Shown here: in pieces, positions 1 to 10,462 of the stretch | Layout of the letters: each line of letters begins with the position of its first letter | Numbering within the stretch: the stretch's first letter is position 1 | Source of the DNA: a virus | Taxonomy: Duplodnaviria; Caudoviricetes | Reading direction: 5' to 3' (one strand) | DNA: 42,548 nt | Virus record (IMG/VR): IMGVR_UViG_3300029169_000008 | Coordinates: 1-42,548 of that record | The notes under the pieces: model-generated | Told to the model about the DNA's origin: nothing | Database searches by the model: none | The model's input: only the letters and a program-made list of their open reading frames with translations | Made by a program: the position numbers and the translations under genes

Positions 1-943
1 CTTGTCCAGCTTGTCCAGCTTGTCTCATAGATCCGCCACGTTGGGCATCTGCAGCTGCTATAGCTTTAGCGTTCTGAGCGTTGGTAGAATTTACCTTACC
101 TTTAACTAGTTGGTCAGCTTGTATATTTCGTATTCCTAAGTTGCCTTTAGTAGCCGCGTTCAAAACTCCTGCCTTATCAGCCCCTGCTACGTTCCTAGCT
201 CCTACGTTTCTCTGATTAGCTCCAGATCTTAGGTTAGCGTTGAATTGAGCAATAGTGTCTTGAGCACTTGCCTTATCTGACTGCTCTCCGTAGTCTTGGT
301 TTCTAAGGCTAGTAGCGAACTCTCCGCCGCCTAGTACAGCTTGTAAAGCTCTGTTATCTCTTTGTACTGCTAAGTCAGATGCTTCTTGAGCAGCTCTGCC
401 ATAGGCTCCGCCTGCAGCATTCATTTGAGCGTTAAGCATATCGCCGCCACTAAGTCTACCTTGTCTGGCAGCTTGTTGCATAACAGCGTCTTGCGCTCCT
501 TTGCTAGCAACTCCTGCAGAATTTACTATTTGATTCCTAGCAGCTTCTTCTTCTAAAGTTAAGCCTTCTTCGCCTCTACGAGTCAACGCACCTAAAGCTT
601 CCATCTGAGCCTGCTTGAACGCAGGATCTAATGTAATACCTTCTAGTGCTGTATCTCCTTGTTGAATAGCAGTTTCTGCCTCAGGGTCATAAAACTCTAA
701 AAGGTCTGGGTCTAACTGCTCGTAGTCTGCTACATAATCTTCAGCAGATAGTACGTTCTGATCTTCAATAGCTTTAACATACTTAGCTAAAGCTTCTTGC
801 TCTAGCTTCTTTTGCTTATTAGCTCCGAATAGTCCAGAGATGCCTCCAGCTATACCGCCGAGTACTCCACCTACTGCATTACCTATTCCAGGTACTACCG
901 ACCCTAAGGCCGCTCCTGCTTTTGCTCCGCCGCCTACAGACAT
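1..943 (-). CDS. putative internal virion / DNA ejection (pilot) protein, runs off the left edge
   Basis: Not in the ORF track. ATG at 943 with AAGGAG RBS; the frame stays open to base 1. N-terminus MSVGGGAKAGAALGSVVPGIGNAVGGVLGGIAGGISGLFG is a glycine zipper followed by Ala/Gln-rich helices; lies downstream of the tail nozzle gene. Confidence 0.7.
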   Translation of the reverse strand, partial: MSVGGGAKAGAALGSVVPGIGNAVGGVLGGIAGGISGLFGANKQKKLEQEALAKYVKAIEDQNVLSAEDYVADYEQLDPDLLEFYDPEAETAIQQGDTALEGITLDPAFKQAQMEALGALTRRGEEGLTLEEEAARNQIVNSAGVASKGAQDAVMQQAARQGRLSGGDMLNAQMNAAGGAYGRAAQEASDLAVQRDNRALQAVLGGGEFATSLRNQDYGEQSDKASAQDTIAQFNANLRSGANQRNVGARNVAGADKAGVLNAATKGNLGIRNIQADQLVKGKVNSTNAQNAKAIAAADAQRGGSMRQAGQAGQ

Positions 944-974
944 ATAAATTCTCCTTTAGTCATAATCATATCCT

Positions 975-2693
975 TTAAAATATCCCTGCTTTTCCGTCAC
1001 CGGGAGCAGCAGTAATTCCGCTCATTAAATCTTCGTATGTTAAGGTTCCGCCGTAGATGTTACGAAGTGCGTCTTCAGTGGCTTTTCTTTGACTTGTATT
1101 AGCTCTGGCCATATCAGTAAATCTCTTAAATGTGTTGTTATTATACTGTCCGGTTTCGGCAAGGTTAGCTCTCTCACTGGCTAATACTGTATCGAACTCA
1201 GCTTGTTGAGCTGGAGTTAACATTGCTTTCCAGTTAGCTTCTTGATTAGGATCATTAAGTAGATCGCCAGTAGCGTCTTTTAAATGTGTAGAATAATGGT
1301 CAGCTAATCCTGTATTTCCGCTTAAGCCTTGCATTCCTGCAAAGTTAGAAGCTAGTCCTGGGTCTAAAGAGTCCTGCAACATACCTACGTTACTTTGATA
1401 CCTAAGAGCGTCTTCAGGGTTAAGAGATTGTAGATTACCTAAGTTATCAAGCTCTGCGCCTTGTATTAATTGCTGCTCTAGTTCTTCTGGGGCTATGCCT
1501 GACATTCTAGTTAAGGCATTAAGTATAGTAGCTTGTTCAGGGCTAACCTGATCTAATCCTATATCTGCAGCGCTTCCATAGTTGCTTATGGTATCTATGA
1601 AGTTACCGCCGGGGCTTTGATTAGCTTCTAGGAACTTGTCCATGCTTACTAATACATCTTGTCCGTTTACGTTACCCATTCTAACAGCTTGTCCAGACCC
1701 AGTATCTACTATTCTATTACCAAGAGCTTGCCTAAGAGCGTCGTCTTGGTTTAACATTTGATCCTGCTGAGCTGCTGCATTAATTTGATTAAACAGTTCC
1801 CCTCGTTGAGTCTCTAGCCCTGTTCTTAAGTTTGCAGCTTCCGCTTGAATCTGCCCTAGTAGTCCTTGAGCTTCGCCTTCTCCCATAATACCAAGCTCTA
1901 CAGCTCGCATTACGTCTTGCTTTCTTTGCTCTAGTCCACTTTGAAGTTCTTGTTGACGGCCTTCTAAGTTTCTAGCTTGTATGCCTTCTCTAGTTTGTTG
2001 TAGAGTTTGCATATTATCTTTAGTACCAGTTAGCATAGTATCTAAAGCAGACTGCCCTTTAGTATAAGTAGGTCTATCTGCTAAGCGCTTCAAAGCTGCT
2101 TGTCGTCCACTCTCTTGTGTGACTGCAGAAGAATACTCATTAGCGTCTTGGATCTGAGCTGTTCTCTGTTCTTGATCTTGTAGTGCTAGATTACCTAGAG
2201 CTTGCTGAGATTGACCCTGCGTGTCTAGTCCTTCTTGTATATCAGTTTGGTAGGCTTGGAATCTATCACTAAATTCATTACCTTTCTCTAAGGCTTTTAA
2301 CCCTCCTACTGCGTCTTTAGCTTGCTGCTGCTCAGTTTGGGCTGATTGCTGGATATTGCCTAATTCCCCAGTCACCCTATTCTCTTCTCCAGTTAAGGAG
2401 GTATCAGCTTGTTCTGCTTTTTGAGTAGCAGAATCAGCGATTCTTTGGGTAGTCTGTTGACCGCCCTGCACGTTACCGCGCCTATAATTCTCTAAGTTAG
2501 TGTAACTACCGGAGCTTGTTCCTTTTCTATCAGCGAACGACTTAGCTCCTTCAGAGCCTCCACCTGCAGCACTTCCGCCGCCTGCAGTACCTCCAGCTTG
2601 AGATGAAGCGCCAGAAGATGTCTGAACGGCCCCTTGGCCTCCAGCTTGTTGATTTTCTTCTTCTAATTTGTTATCATCTAATACCGTAGGCAT
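975..2693 (-). CDS. putative internal virion / ejection protein (Gln/Gly/Ala-rich coiled coil)
   Basis: 572 aa, low-complexity helical composition, podovirus-type position after the tail genes, AGGAG RBS. Confidence 0.6.
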   Translation of the reverse strand: MPTVLDDNKLEEENQQAGGQGAVQTSSGASSQAGGTAGGGSAAGGGSEGAKSFADRKGTSSGSYTNLENYRRGNVQGGQQTTQRIADSATQKAEQADTSLTGEENRVTGELGNIQQSAQTEQQQAKDAVGGLKALEKGNEFSDRFQAYQTDIQEGLDTQGQSQQALGNLALQDQEQRTAQIQDANEYSSAVTQESGRQAALKRLADRPTYTKGQSALDTMLTGTKDNMQTLQQTREGIQARNLEGRQQELQSGLEQRKQDVMRAVELGIMGEGEAQGLLGQIQAEAANLRTGLETQRGELFNQINAAAQQDQMLNQDDALRQALGNRIVDTGSGQAVRMGNVNGQDVLVSMDKFLEANQSPGGNFIDTISNYGSAADIGLDQVSPEQATILNALTRMSGIAPEELEQQLIQGAELDNLGNLQSLNPEDALRYQSNVGMLQDSLDPGLASNFAGMQGLSGNTGLADHYSTHLKDATGDLLNDPNQEANWKAMLTPAQQAEFDTVLASERANLAETGQYNNNTFKRFTDMARANTSQRKATEDALRNIYGGTLTYEDLMSGITAAPGDGKAGIF

Positions 2694-2717
2694 ACTGAAC
2701 TCCTATTTACTATTTGT

Positions 2718-3131
2718 TTACTCATTCAATAATATCAAACGTATACGATATTTATCGGATGTAGATATTCCTGTTATATTAGTTATTTCTATCAATTTAA
2801 AGCCTTCTTCTTCCTTATTCTTAAACTCCACAAAAGGAGCATTAGTTAAGGTAGCGGAAGTATTGGTTAAATTAGTTACCCTGCTCACTAGGACAGAATT
2901 ACAGAAGTTAAGGTTAGTTCTTATGCTAAGAGGTAAGTCATTATCATAAGATATAGTGATTACTTTTATTTCCCCATCTAGGTTATCTGTGATAGTTAGT
3001 CTGCTATCTAGTGCATTTACTATATTATCTAAGAAGGGGTTTAGTGCAAAGGCCAGCTTAGAGACTAAATCCCTGTAAGTAGCCGGAAAGTCTTCCGTTA
3101 GTATCTTATTGATTTTACGAATCTTAGCCAT
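2718..3131 (-). CDS. hypothetical virion protein
   Basis: 137 aa, start overlaps the stop of the nozzle gene (TAATG). Confidence 0.6.
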   Translation of the reverse strand: MAKIRKINKILTEDFPATYRDLVSKLAFALNPFLDNIVNALDSRLTITDNLDGEIKVITISYDNDLPLSIRTNLNFCNSVLVSRVTNLTNTSATLTNAPFVEFKNKEEEGFKLIEITNITGISTSDKYRIRLILLNE

Positions 3132-6100
3132 TAGGATCTATTAGTCCTTTCAGATATATCTCTATAGTATATGGCTATGCCTTCTAGTTCCCACTTCTCT
3201 CTAGCAATAGCTGAGGTGTATTTCACGTTAAGTAATCTACATCTTTGTTTATTTCTAGGTATATAGGTCCTCATGTTATCTTCATACGGATTACCGCCCC
3301 AAGATAAGCATCCCCAACAGAACATACCCCAGTTACCAAACAAGTTGATATCTAACGTAGTAAGCTCCTCGCCTCTAGAAACCTCAGAGTTAAAGGTTAA
3401 GTTAATGCTAGAGCCTCTATAATCGTCGAACATAACGTGTGCTTCTCTAAAGTGTTTAGAAAACGCCGGGTTATCAGCGTGGATAGGAGCATAGGTAATT
3501 TCTTTTTCGTATGCGTCGTATATAGTAGCTGCGTCTATCTGAAATAGTAAGTTTCTATTTAAGGTCACTAGCAAGGTATCAGCACTGACTGATACAACTT
3601 CTGACTCTAGTTCGTAATCGTATGTTGTTGTATTTACTGTCTGGCTTAGGCTTTGTTCTATTACGTCGCCTGCTTGTATATTTGTAGCAGAGTCTACTTC
3701 AACTACCAAAGGTACGTCCCTGCTTATACATCTCCATGTACCTTCAGTTCCTGCTCCTGTTATGTCTTGGTTAATGAAGAATCTAGAGCTATCAATTACA
3801 GTAATAGTCAGGTCTATATCGTCAATAGCTGGAACTGCATCACAGTCTCTAATGTTGATAATGTCGCCATTTTCTAAATTATGGTTATCTGCTGTTATAA
3901 CTCCGGGAGTTCCTACGGCGACCTCAGTAATTCTATTACTTACTTTAGTTATGTTAATACTATGCTCTCTATCAGCATGATCTTTATAGTCGAAGTTCTT
4001 ACGTTCTTGTTCAATAAAGTTAGTATCGTTTGCTCCTAAGTATAGCTTGTCGTCATAGTTGCTAACTATTCCGCTAGTCTTTGCGATATCCCAAGTAGTC
4101 CAGGCTTGTGTTATAGTGTTATACACATACGCTATAGTAGCGGTAGTGTCTGCCTCTTGGCTTACTGTGAACAGTATGTACTTTCTATCACTCTGATAGC
4201 TTAGACCGAACGTAGCCGTGGGGAAATTAGTAAAATCAGGATCTACTAAGTTAAGTAGCTGATCCTCTATCTGACGGCTTACGATACTGACCCCTGTATC
4301 TGATACTGTGCAAATGCCTTGGTCGGCAAACAAGAATACTTGGTTATTTAACGTGGCTACTGATTCTCTAGCTACAATCTTAGTTGTTAAATCGAATGCA
4401 GTTAAAGAGAGCTGCTGAGGGTCGCTTCCGACAATTCTATAAATACCCTCAGTACTAAATATAAAAAGACTATCCCTAAGAGCCTTAACTCTAATGATCT
4501 CATTGTCACCTCCTCCAACTCTAAAGAAGTTTAGAGTAGGCACAGCTTCAGGCTCATTTAACTTAGAGTAGTAAATCCTATTAGACTTTTCATCGTTAGA
4601 TGAACTAGTAACATTTATCAAAGCTGGGTTATATGCAGAGAAGCCTCCTGACACAGAGTTAGTAGCTTGTGCTGTAAACCCTCCGTCATTTAACTCTCTA
4701 GATTCCACTAACATCTTTCCTGGAGGATCGTCTGGAGATGAAATGTAAGTAGCGGTTAAGAATGTATTTGAATCGTAATCATTCAGTACTCTGATTACGC
4801 TTCTTGCTGTATCTTCAATGTTCTGTGCTGTAGTACCTGCGGTAAACTTCTTAGCTTGTCCTGTACTTGCGTCTTCGGTAGTTGCGTCGAATGTGATAGT
4901 AAAACTATCTACCCCGTTGTCAAACTCTAAGGTAGAAGAAGCTACAGTAATGAAGTCTAAGCCTGTAAGATCTATAGGCAAGAAATGCCTAGTCTTAGTG
5001 TTTGCGTAGAATAGCATGTTGTTATACAATTCTATGTCTTTTGCAAAAGGAGGCCGCACGTTAGCTTGGCTATCGCCTTCCTGGGTTTCATTTTGATACA
5101 GAGAAGCTCCTCGGTATAAATCTAGTTGAATATCATCATGAACAACGGTTCCGGCGGCTAGTTGAGCATATGTTGGGTTGGCTTCGTATGTCAATTGATA
5201 ATCTTCAGAAGGGGCGGTGGTTTCGTCTAAAGATCCTGAGGTTCTGTAAATTTGATAGAAATGACTAGTTGTTATACCTTCAGGTATTGTCATAGTTAAT
5301 GTAGTGCCTTGTGCCGCATTAGCTGCTGCATTAGTGATAAAAGTTCTACTGCTGGCTGCTCCTAGTATGAGGTTGTCGTTAGCATCTTTTAGTCCCCAAA
5401 CAACTCTATAACTTCGTTGTTGGTCAGGACTAAACCAAACTACTCCAGGGTCTGAACTATTTAAATCTGCTGTAAAATCTAAAGCCTTAGGAGTTCCTGC
5501 GGGGACTAAGGTAGCATTGAAAGCATCTAGCTTCCTAACGCCTTCTTTAGTCGTTATATATAAGTTTCCGTTTACTTCAGCGGCCTTTAATTTAATACCG
5601 CTCTCAGGCTCTAAAACGTCTCTAGCTGTAGCTTCGATGATAAAGGCATTTCCTATGTCAGGGCTAGTAGAAGGTGCTGATAGAGCTGTGTACTCTAGTG
5701 TAGTTGAAGTTAGTACCGTTGCTACAAAAGACCCATTATAGCCTGCGTCGTCAGCTCCTGCTATAGTTATAGAGTCTCCTGTTACAATGTCATGGTCCGA
5801 TGTAGTGGTTACTGTAACTGTAGTTCCAGCTGCTGTTAGAGTGTCTATCTCTTGAAGCTTTAATTCCTTAGCTTTAGAGAAAGTCTCACTACCTTCAGAG
5901 TCTTGATGTTCTAGTATGCCTGTTGAACTATCCGGTTCGTAGTGCCTTATTAATCTTTTCTCGTAAGTGAGTAATTGTTTTGCAGTATTGCCAGATCCCG
6001 AATCCATTGAATCTCCGAATAGCTTGAAGCCTCGTCTAGGCTCAACGAGATCGTCTTTATCTATGACTACGTTTTTAGCGCTAACTAAAGCTCCATTAGG

Positions 6101-6166
6101 AACCGAAGACTTATTATTAGCCTGCGTATATATTCCTTTTGCTTTAAGTATCAGTTTGTCTGACAT
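3131..6166 (-). CDS. putative tail nozzle / tail tubular protein B-like (P22 gp10 or T7 gp12-like)
   Basis: 1011 aa, beta-rich. N-terminal motif LVSAKNVVIDKDDLVEPRRG and an NRIYYSK..EPEAVP propeller segment; follows the adaptor gene. Confidence 0.7.
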   Translation of the reverse strand: MSDKLILKAKGIYTQANNKSSVPNGALVSAKNVVIDKDDLVEPRRGFKLFGDSMDSGSGNTAKQLLTYEKRLIRHYEPDSSTGILEHQDSEGSETFSKAKELKLQEIDTLTAAGTTVTVTTTSDHDIVTGDSITIAGADDAGYNGSFVATVLTSTTLEYTALSAPSTSPDIGNAFIIEATARDVLEPESGIKLKAAEVNGNLYITTKEGVRKLDAFNATLVPAGTPKALDFTADLNSSDPGVVWFSPDQQRSYRVVWGLKDANDNLILGAASSRTFITNAAANAAQGTTLTMTIPEGITTSHFYQIYRTSGSLDETTAPSEDYQLTYEANPTYAQLAAGTVVHDDIQLDLYRGASLYQNETQEGDSQANVRPPFAKDIELYNNMLFYANTKTRHFLPIDLTGLDFITVASSTLEFDNGVDSFTITFDATTEDASTGQAKKFTAGTTAQNIEDTARSVIRVLNDYDSNTFLTATYISSPDDPPGKMLVESRELNDGGFTAQATNSVSGGFSAYNPALINVTSSSNDEKSNRIYYSKLNEPEAVPTLNFFRVGGGDNEIIRVKALRDSLFIFSTEGIYRIVGSDPQQLSLTAFDLTTKIVARESVATLNNQVFLFADQGICTVSDTGVSIVSRQIEDQLLNLVDPDFTNFPTATFGLSYQSDRKYILFTVSQEADTTATIAYVYNTITQAWTTWDIAKTSGIVSNYDDKLYLGANDTNFIEQERKNFDYKDHADREHSINITKVSNRITEVAVGTPGVITADNHNLENGDIINIRDCDAVPAIDDIDLTITVIDSSRFFINQDITGAGTEGTWRCISRDVPLVVEVDSATNIQAGDVIEQSLSQTVNTTTYDYELESEVVSVSADTLLVTLNRNLLFQIDAATIYDAYEKEITYAPIHADNPAFSKHFREAHVMFDDYRGSSINLTFNSEVSRGEELTTLDINLFGNWGMFCWGCLSWGGNPYEDNMRTYIPRNKQRCRLLNVKYTSAIAREKWELEGIAIYYRDISERTNRS

Positions 6167-6176
6167 TTAACTCTCC

Positions 6177-7124
6177 TTAAATAGAGCCGTATCTGCTTTT
6201 CTTGCGTCCAGCTAATAGGCTATTTGGGTTTACAGCTTTGCGTCCCGGAGATTCTACTCTGCTGTCTAGTACAGACATTAATCGCTTCTCTAACTTCTCT
6301 AATCTAGAAGTGGCGTTCTTCAAACCTACAGTGTCTCCAATAGATTCTAAGACCTTACATACAACTGCTTGCTCTAGAACGGGTATAATATCTACTGGCA
6401 TTTGAGGAGTTGGTGTTTCTCCGGCTAGGCAAATGTAATCACCTACCTGTAGGCTACTAGGTAAGGAAGCTACTGTTATTTGTCTGGTAGCTGCGCTTAC
6501 GGAAGATACTTGAATATCATAGGAGTAAGTCCTGTGGTTTGGCGTAGATTGAATAAAGTCAACTTCTGAGTTATCATTAATGACGCTAGGAAAGGATGTT
6601 ACGGTTAAAGTATTAGTACTTGTATCTATTGATTCTATGGTCCCTACTCTAGATGTAAGTACTAAGTCATTAGGCCTTAAATAGAAGTATACTCTAAAGC
6701 TACCGCCGGAGCCTCCGCTGTATAAGGGAGTAATAAATACTATCTTGTCGTTACGTAAATAGAAGCCTCTATCAATATCATAGTCTTGGATACCATCGTT
6801 GTTATCTACTAATTCTAAAGGTATATGGCTAAGGACTCTTCCCTCTTTACCATCTACTACAGTCTTAATAGCACGAATACGCATACCGATAGCTCTGTAT
6901 GGTATATCATATTCTTGTTGACCGTTTTCGACGTTGTAATCTTCATAAGTTAAATAATACTCTTCCCTAGTACTAAGGATAAGGGGAATTATATTCTCAT
7001 CTAGATCTTCATTGGCGAACCTAATTAAGTCTTCACTTGTAATAGTACCATCTGATTCAGGTACTGAAGCTCTAGCTTTTACGCTAGTGACTAAATTATC
7101 TACTGTATATCTTTTTGCAGACAT
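6177..7124 (-). CDS. putative head-tail adaptor / tail tubular protein A-like
   Basis: 315 aa. N-terminal helical TVDNLVTSVKARA..DLIRFAN and GQQEYDIP motifs typical of podovirus adaptors; directly upstream of the nozzle gene. Confidence 0.65.
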   Translation of the reverse strand: MSAKRYTVDNLVTSVKARASVPESDGTITSEDLIRFANEDLDENIIPLILSTREEYYLTYEDYNVENGQQEYDIPYRAIGMRIRAIKTVVDGKEGRVLSHIPLELVDNNDGIQDYDIDRGFYLRNDKIVFITPLYSGGSGGSFRVYFYLRPNDLVLTSRVGTIESIDTSTNTLTVTSFPSVINDNSEVDFIQSTPNHRTYSYDIQVSSVSAATRQITVASLPSSLQVGDYICLAGETPTPQMPVDIIPVLEQAVVCKVLESIGDTVGLKNATSRLEKLEKRLMSVLDSRVESPGRKAVNPNSLLAGRKKSRYGSI

Positions 7125-7140
7125 AGAAACCTCCTGGCTT

Positions 7141-7470
7141 CTAGCCTAATTTGCCTTTAAGCATTCTCTTCTTAAGAACTTCAGCCATGTTAGATCCGTC
7201 TTCGTCGTCTTCCATGTCTTCTTCTTCGCTCTCGCTTCCAACTTTAGGCATGATAGACTCTTCTTCGTCTTCCATTCCCATTTCATCTTCTAGCATTTCT
7301 TCTACTTCGTCGCCGTCTACTTTTTGAATGTCAAGCTCAGCTACGATAGCTTCGTCTTCGCCCATTCCGTCCAGCATAGCGTCGCTTGCTAACTTTCTAA
7401 TAGCCTGAATAACATCTTTATAGGCTTTCTTGTCCATATCCATCATTTTTTCGTCTTCGTGTTCTTGCAT
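7141..7470 (-). CDS. acidic hypothetical protein
   Basis: 109 aa, Asp/Glu/Met-rich, AAGGAG RBS. Confidence 0.65.
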   Translation of the reverse strand: MQEHEDEKMMDMDKKAYKDVIQAIRKLASDAMLDGMGEDEAIVAELDIQKVDGDEVEEMLEDEMGMEDEEESIMPKVGSESEEEDMEDDEDGSNMAEVLKKRMLKGKLG

Positions 7471-7500
7471 TTTATACTCCTTAGTACTTATATTAATTGT

Positions 7501-7899
7501 TTAGTGACTTACTAATAACCCAAGAATAATAAGGCTTTGCAACACTAGCAATGCCTTAACTAACCTTGGTGTTTTATTATGAACTTTGATTTTGACTACT
7601 TCGTTAACTACTTGTTTTTCTACAATAACTTCCACTGGAACTTCTTTAATTACTTCCTTGATAACTTCAACAGGGACTTTCTTTTCTACGATTCTAGTCT
7701 TATGGATAATCTTAGGAACTTCCTTGATTACCTCTTTGATAACTTCTTTAACTACTGGCTTCTCTACGACGCGTTCTACGATCTTCTCAACGACTTTAAC
7801 TTCCGCCTTAGCTTCTACCTTAACTTCTGCCTTAGGCTCTTGTGGAGCCTCCTGTGGCTTCTCAGCGCCTTTACCCGGCCCTAGTCTAAACTTAGCCAT
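7501..7899 (-). CDS. membrane-anchored protein with V/E/K/I-P (IMC/alveolin-like) repeats
   Basis: Repeats such as VEKIVERVVEKPVVKEVIKEVIKEVP, with a C-terminal hydrophobic helix. Confidence 0.65.
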   Translation of the reverse strand: MAKFRLGPGKGAEKPQEAPQEPKAEVKVEAKAEVKVVEKIVERVVEKPVVKEVIKEVIKEVPKIIHKTRIVEKKVPVEVIKEVIKEVPVEVIVEKQVVNEVVKIKVHNKTPRLVKALLVLQSLIILGLLVSH

Positions 7900-7900
7900 A

Positions 7901-8383
7901 TTAAGACCTTACCGCCAAATGAACGGCAATAGTACCAGATCCGATACCAGAGTCCATAACTACCTTAATTCTCTTAGCTACTACCTTATTTACTGCAGTA
8001 GCTGTTACGTCTCCTGAGTTATTCCCTGGAATGGCAGAATCGACTAAAAGCCATACATCTCCAGACTCTAAGGGACTTACCATGATCTTACACGTAATAG
8101 CTCCGCCTATATTAGACTTAGATTCTACATATAGTTGGACTTCTCTAGCTCCTGAGGCGTCTACTGCGGCTAATACGTCTCCAGACTGTCCTGCACTTAC
8201 GTTAGCTGAATGAGTAGCTAGCTCTGGTAAGCTCATTACGCTATCGCCATCTGCAGCGCTAAGCTCCATTGACATCTCTACGCCGTCTATCATCTTAACT
8301 CGTAATGCGTCGTTACTTGCTTCTACAGCTCGTTTGAGAGCCACGAAATGATCTAATTGTGATATATCGTTGTTCTTAGCCAT
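7901..8383 (-). CDS. putative virion decoration or structural protein
   Basis: 160 aa. N-terminal SQLD...K.A.....ALRV motif shared with 10036..10449 and 21377..21928; beta-rich C-terminus. Confidence 0.55.
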   Translation of the reverse strand: MAKNNDISQLDHFVALKRAVEASNDALRVKMIDGVEMSMELSAADGDSVMSLPELATHSANVSAGQSGDVLAAVDASGAREVQLYVESKSNIGGAITCKIMVSPLESGDVWLLVDSAIPGNNSGDVTATAVNKVVAKRIKVVMDSGIGSGTIAVHLAVRS

Positions 8384-8606
8384 CTTGTTCTTCTTTCTTT
8401 TCGGGAGTTCCCATGTTTCTTCTTAACGTGTAAATCGCACCAACTGCTGCTACGCTGGCCGCGTAGTCTCCGCCTGAGAATTGCTCTAGCGTTAAACCGC
8501 CTACCTGAATCCCAGAAAGTAGCAACTTAGCGGTAGCGACTAAAAAGCCTACTACGAAAGCCGTATGAGTTACTGAGGGTTTACCTGTTGAATCTTTTAA
8601 TAACAT
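8376..8606 (-). CDS. small two-TM membrane protein, holin candidate
   Basis: 76 aa with two hydrophobic segments and a charged C-terminal tail. Confidence 0.5.
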   Translation of the reverse strand: MLLKDSTGKPSVTHTAFVVGFLVATAKLLLSGIQVGGLTLEQFSGGDYAASVAAVGAIYTLRRNMGTPEKKEEQDG

Positions 8607-10033
8607 TATACTACTCCTACTCCGTAAAGGCGGTATCTAATAGTAGGTGCTGTTCCAGTACTTGTACTAGTGTATTGCACTTGACCTCCAGAAGTAATAG
8701 TTATAGTTACTCCCGCATCGTCGCCTATAGTTTCTTCGTTTATTTCCCAATCAGCGTTCTTTTGAATGCCGATGAATTTCTTACTCTCAAAGCTAGTTCC
8801 ACGTTCAATGGACATTAGTATTTCAAATGTACGTAGCGTAGCTGGTAGCGCTAATCCTGTAATGTTAGCTGCTGCTGCTTGGTTATCTACCAATACTTGT
8901 TCAGTTTCATCTATATCGTTAGAGTTACCTGAAGCCGCTATAGTATCATCTACATATTTCTTAGTGGCTACGTCCTGATCGGCTGTTGGATCTACTACGT
9001 TAATGATCTTACGAGTGTTTATATCAAGATCTGTACCGGACCAATCTAGAACATCGGTTCCGGCGGCGTTAGTTAAAAGCCTGTCATTTAATTTAATCGC
9101 TTGAACTACAGAAAAGTCATAAAGTATTCCTGAAGTTACTGCGAATCTTAATGGGCCTGTCCCGTCTGCGAATATCTGACTTACTCTAGCTCTGTTAACA
9201 TATAGATTATTAAGCTCAGTAGTAGAGTTACCTATGTTAATTCCTTGGTCCGATGCTGGAATTAAATCAGCGGTGATTCCAGTTATATTACCTAAATCAG
9301 TATTGGCTTTTCCAGATAATTGAGTTTGTATAGAAGAGGTTACGCCATTAAGGTAGTCGTATTCTGTATTAGACACTACTCCTGAGGATAGCTTAGCTGC
9401 GTCTATTCCGGTAGTAAGCTCGGAGTCTCCGATATTACTTATAGTGTTGTTATCTGCATCTATACTCTTATTAGATATAACTTGAGCAGTGGATACGTCT
9501 ACTAGTTCTACTTCAGCTCCAGCCGCGCCGGCCTTGAACTTACTAGCTAAAGCGTCTTCATATATGATTGATCCGTCAGTCCCAGTACGTTTAATAGTTA
9601 AACCAGCACCTTCTGACGTAGCGTCGGTTCCATTCTTATTAATCGTTATGTTAGCGTCTTCTACGTCGAGCGTAGCAGTGTTTATTGTAGTTGTAGTTCC
9701 ATTTACTGTTAGGTTCTGTACTGTTAAAGTTTGAGTTCCTGAATTGTAAGTAAGCTGAACGTCTTCGGTTAAATTACCGTTAGCGTCTGCGAAAGGTACT
9801 GAAGCTGCAGTAAGTCCTAAGACTTTACCGGCTTCTTCCCAGTCTGTATTGCCAGTATTGACTTTAGAATACTGCCTACCTGTAAGAGTACTTAAATAGA
9901 TATCTCCTGTATCTGCTTCGAATCCAGAAACACTTGGATCTACGTTACCAGACCATATAGTAGCATTGCCTTTGAGGTTAATACCCGCTTTAAGGGTTTT
10001 TACTTTAGGGCCGCTGAATATTACTGCTGGCAT
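8606..10033 (-). CDS. tail fibre / fibre-like virion protein
   Basis: Fibre motifs NLTVNGTTTTIN..LDVEDANITIN, YLNGVTSSIQTQL and DPTADQDVATKKYVD. Confidence 0.7.
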   Translation of the reverse strand: MPAVIFSGPKVKTLKAGINLKGNATIWSGNVDPSVSGFEADTGDIYLSTLTGRQYSKVNTGNTDWEEAGKVLGLTAASVPFADANGNLTEDVQLTYNSGTQTLTVQNLTVNGTTTTINTATLDVEDANITINKNGTDATSEGAGLTIKRTGTDGSIIYEDALASKFKAGAAGAEVELVDVSTAQVISNKSIDADNNTISNIGDSELTTGIDAAKLSSGVVSNTEYDYLNGVTSSIQTQLSGKANTDLGNITGITADLIPASDQGINIGNSTTELNNLYVNRARVSQIFADGTGPLRFAVTSGILYDFSVVQAIKLNDRLLTNAAGTDVLDWSGTDLDINTRKIINVVDPTADQDVATKKYVDDTIAASGNSNDIDETEQVLVDNQAAAANITGLALPATLRTFEILMSIERGTSFESKKFIGIQKNADWEINEETIGDDAGVTITITSGGQVQYTSTSTGTAPTIRYRLYGVGVV

Positions 10034-10035
10034 TA

Positions 10036-10449
10036 CTATCCTCCAATAAGAGTAACTATAAAGTTGGAGCCTGCTCCGGGAGCCGCTACTTCTCTACTCC
10101 GTATACTGATCCTAGAACCTGCTGGTATGTTTAATGCGAAACTTTGATCGCTTCCTGGGCCGATGATTACTTTAGTAACTTCACTGGCCGCTGCACCTAC
10201 GGCTAACTCCATAGTAGAGCCTGTAGTATCATACACTGTAATTTGTTTAGTTGTTGCGCTGGTACTAGCAATTACTTCAAAGTAACTACCACCGGAACCC
10301 TGAATATCAGCCGAGTCAAGCTCGACCGTATGTAGGATGTCCTGCCCTGCGCTGTTTGAAACCGATACGGTTCCTGTTATATTTAAGGCCCCTTCGGCGT
10401 CATTATATGCGCCTTTTATTACCTGCTCTGCGTCTAATTTAGATCCCAT
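10036..10449 (-). CDS. putative virion decoration or structural protein
   Basis: 137 aa. N-terminal KLDAEQVIKGAYND motif shared with 21377..21928. Confidence 0.55.
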   Translation of the reverse strand: MGSKLDAEQVIKGAYNDAEGALNITGTVSVSNSAGQDILHTVELDSADIQGSGGSYFEVIASTSATTKQITVYDTTGSTMELAVGAAASEVTKVIIGPGSDQSFALNIPAGSRISIRSREVAAPGAGSNFIVTLIGG

Positions 10450-10462
10450 GTTCTATTCCTTT

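Noticed and set aside
1-25. Tandem 9-mer CTTGTCCAG at the window edge
   Set aside because: It encodes a QAG repeat in the ejection protein.
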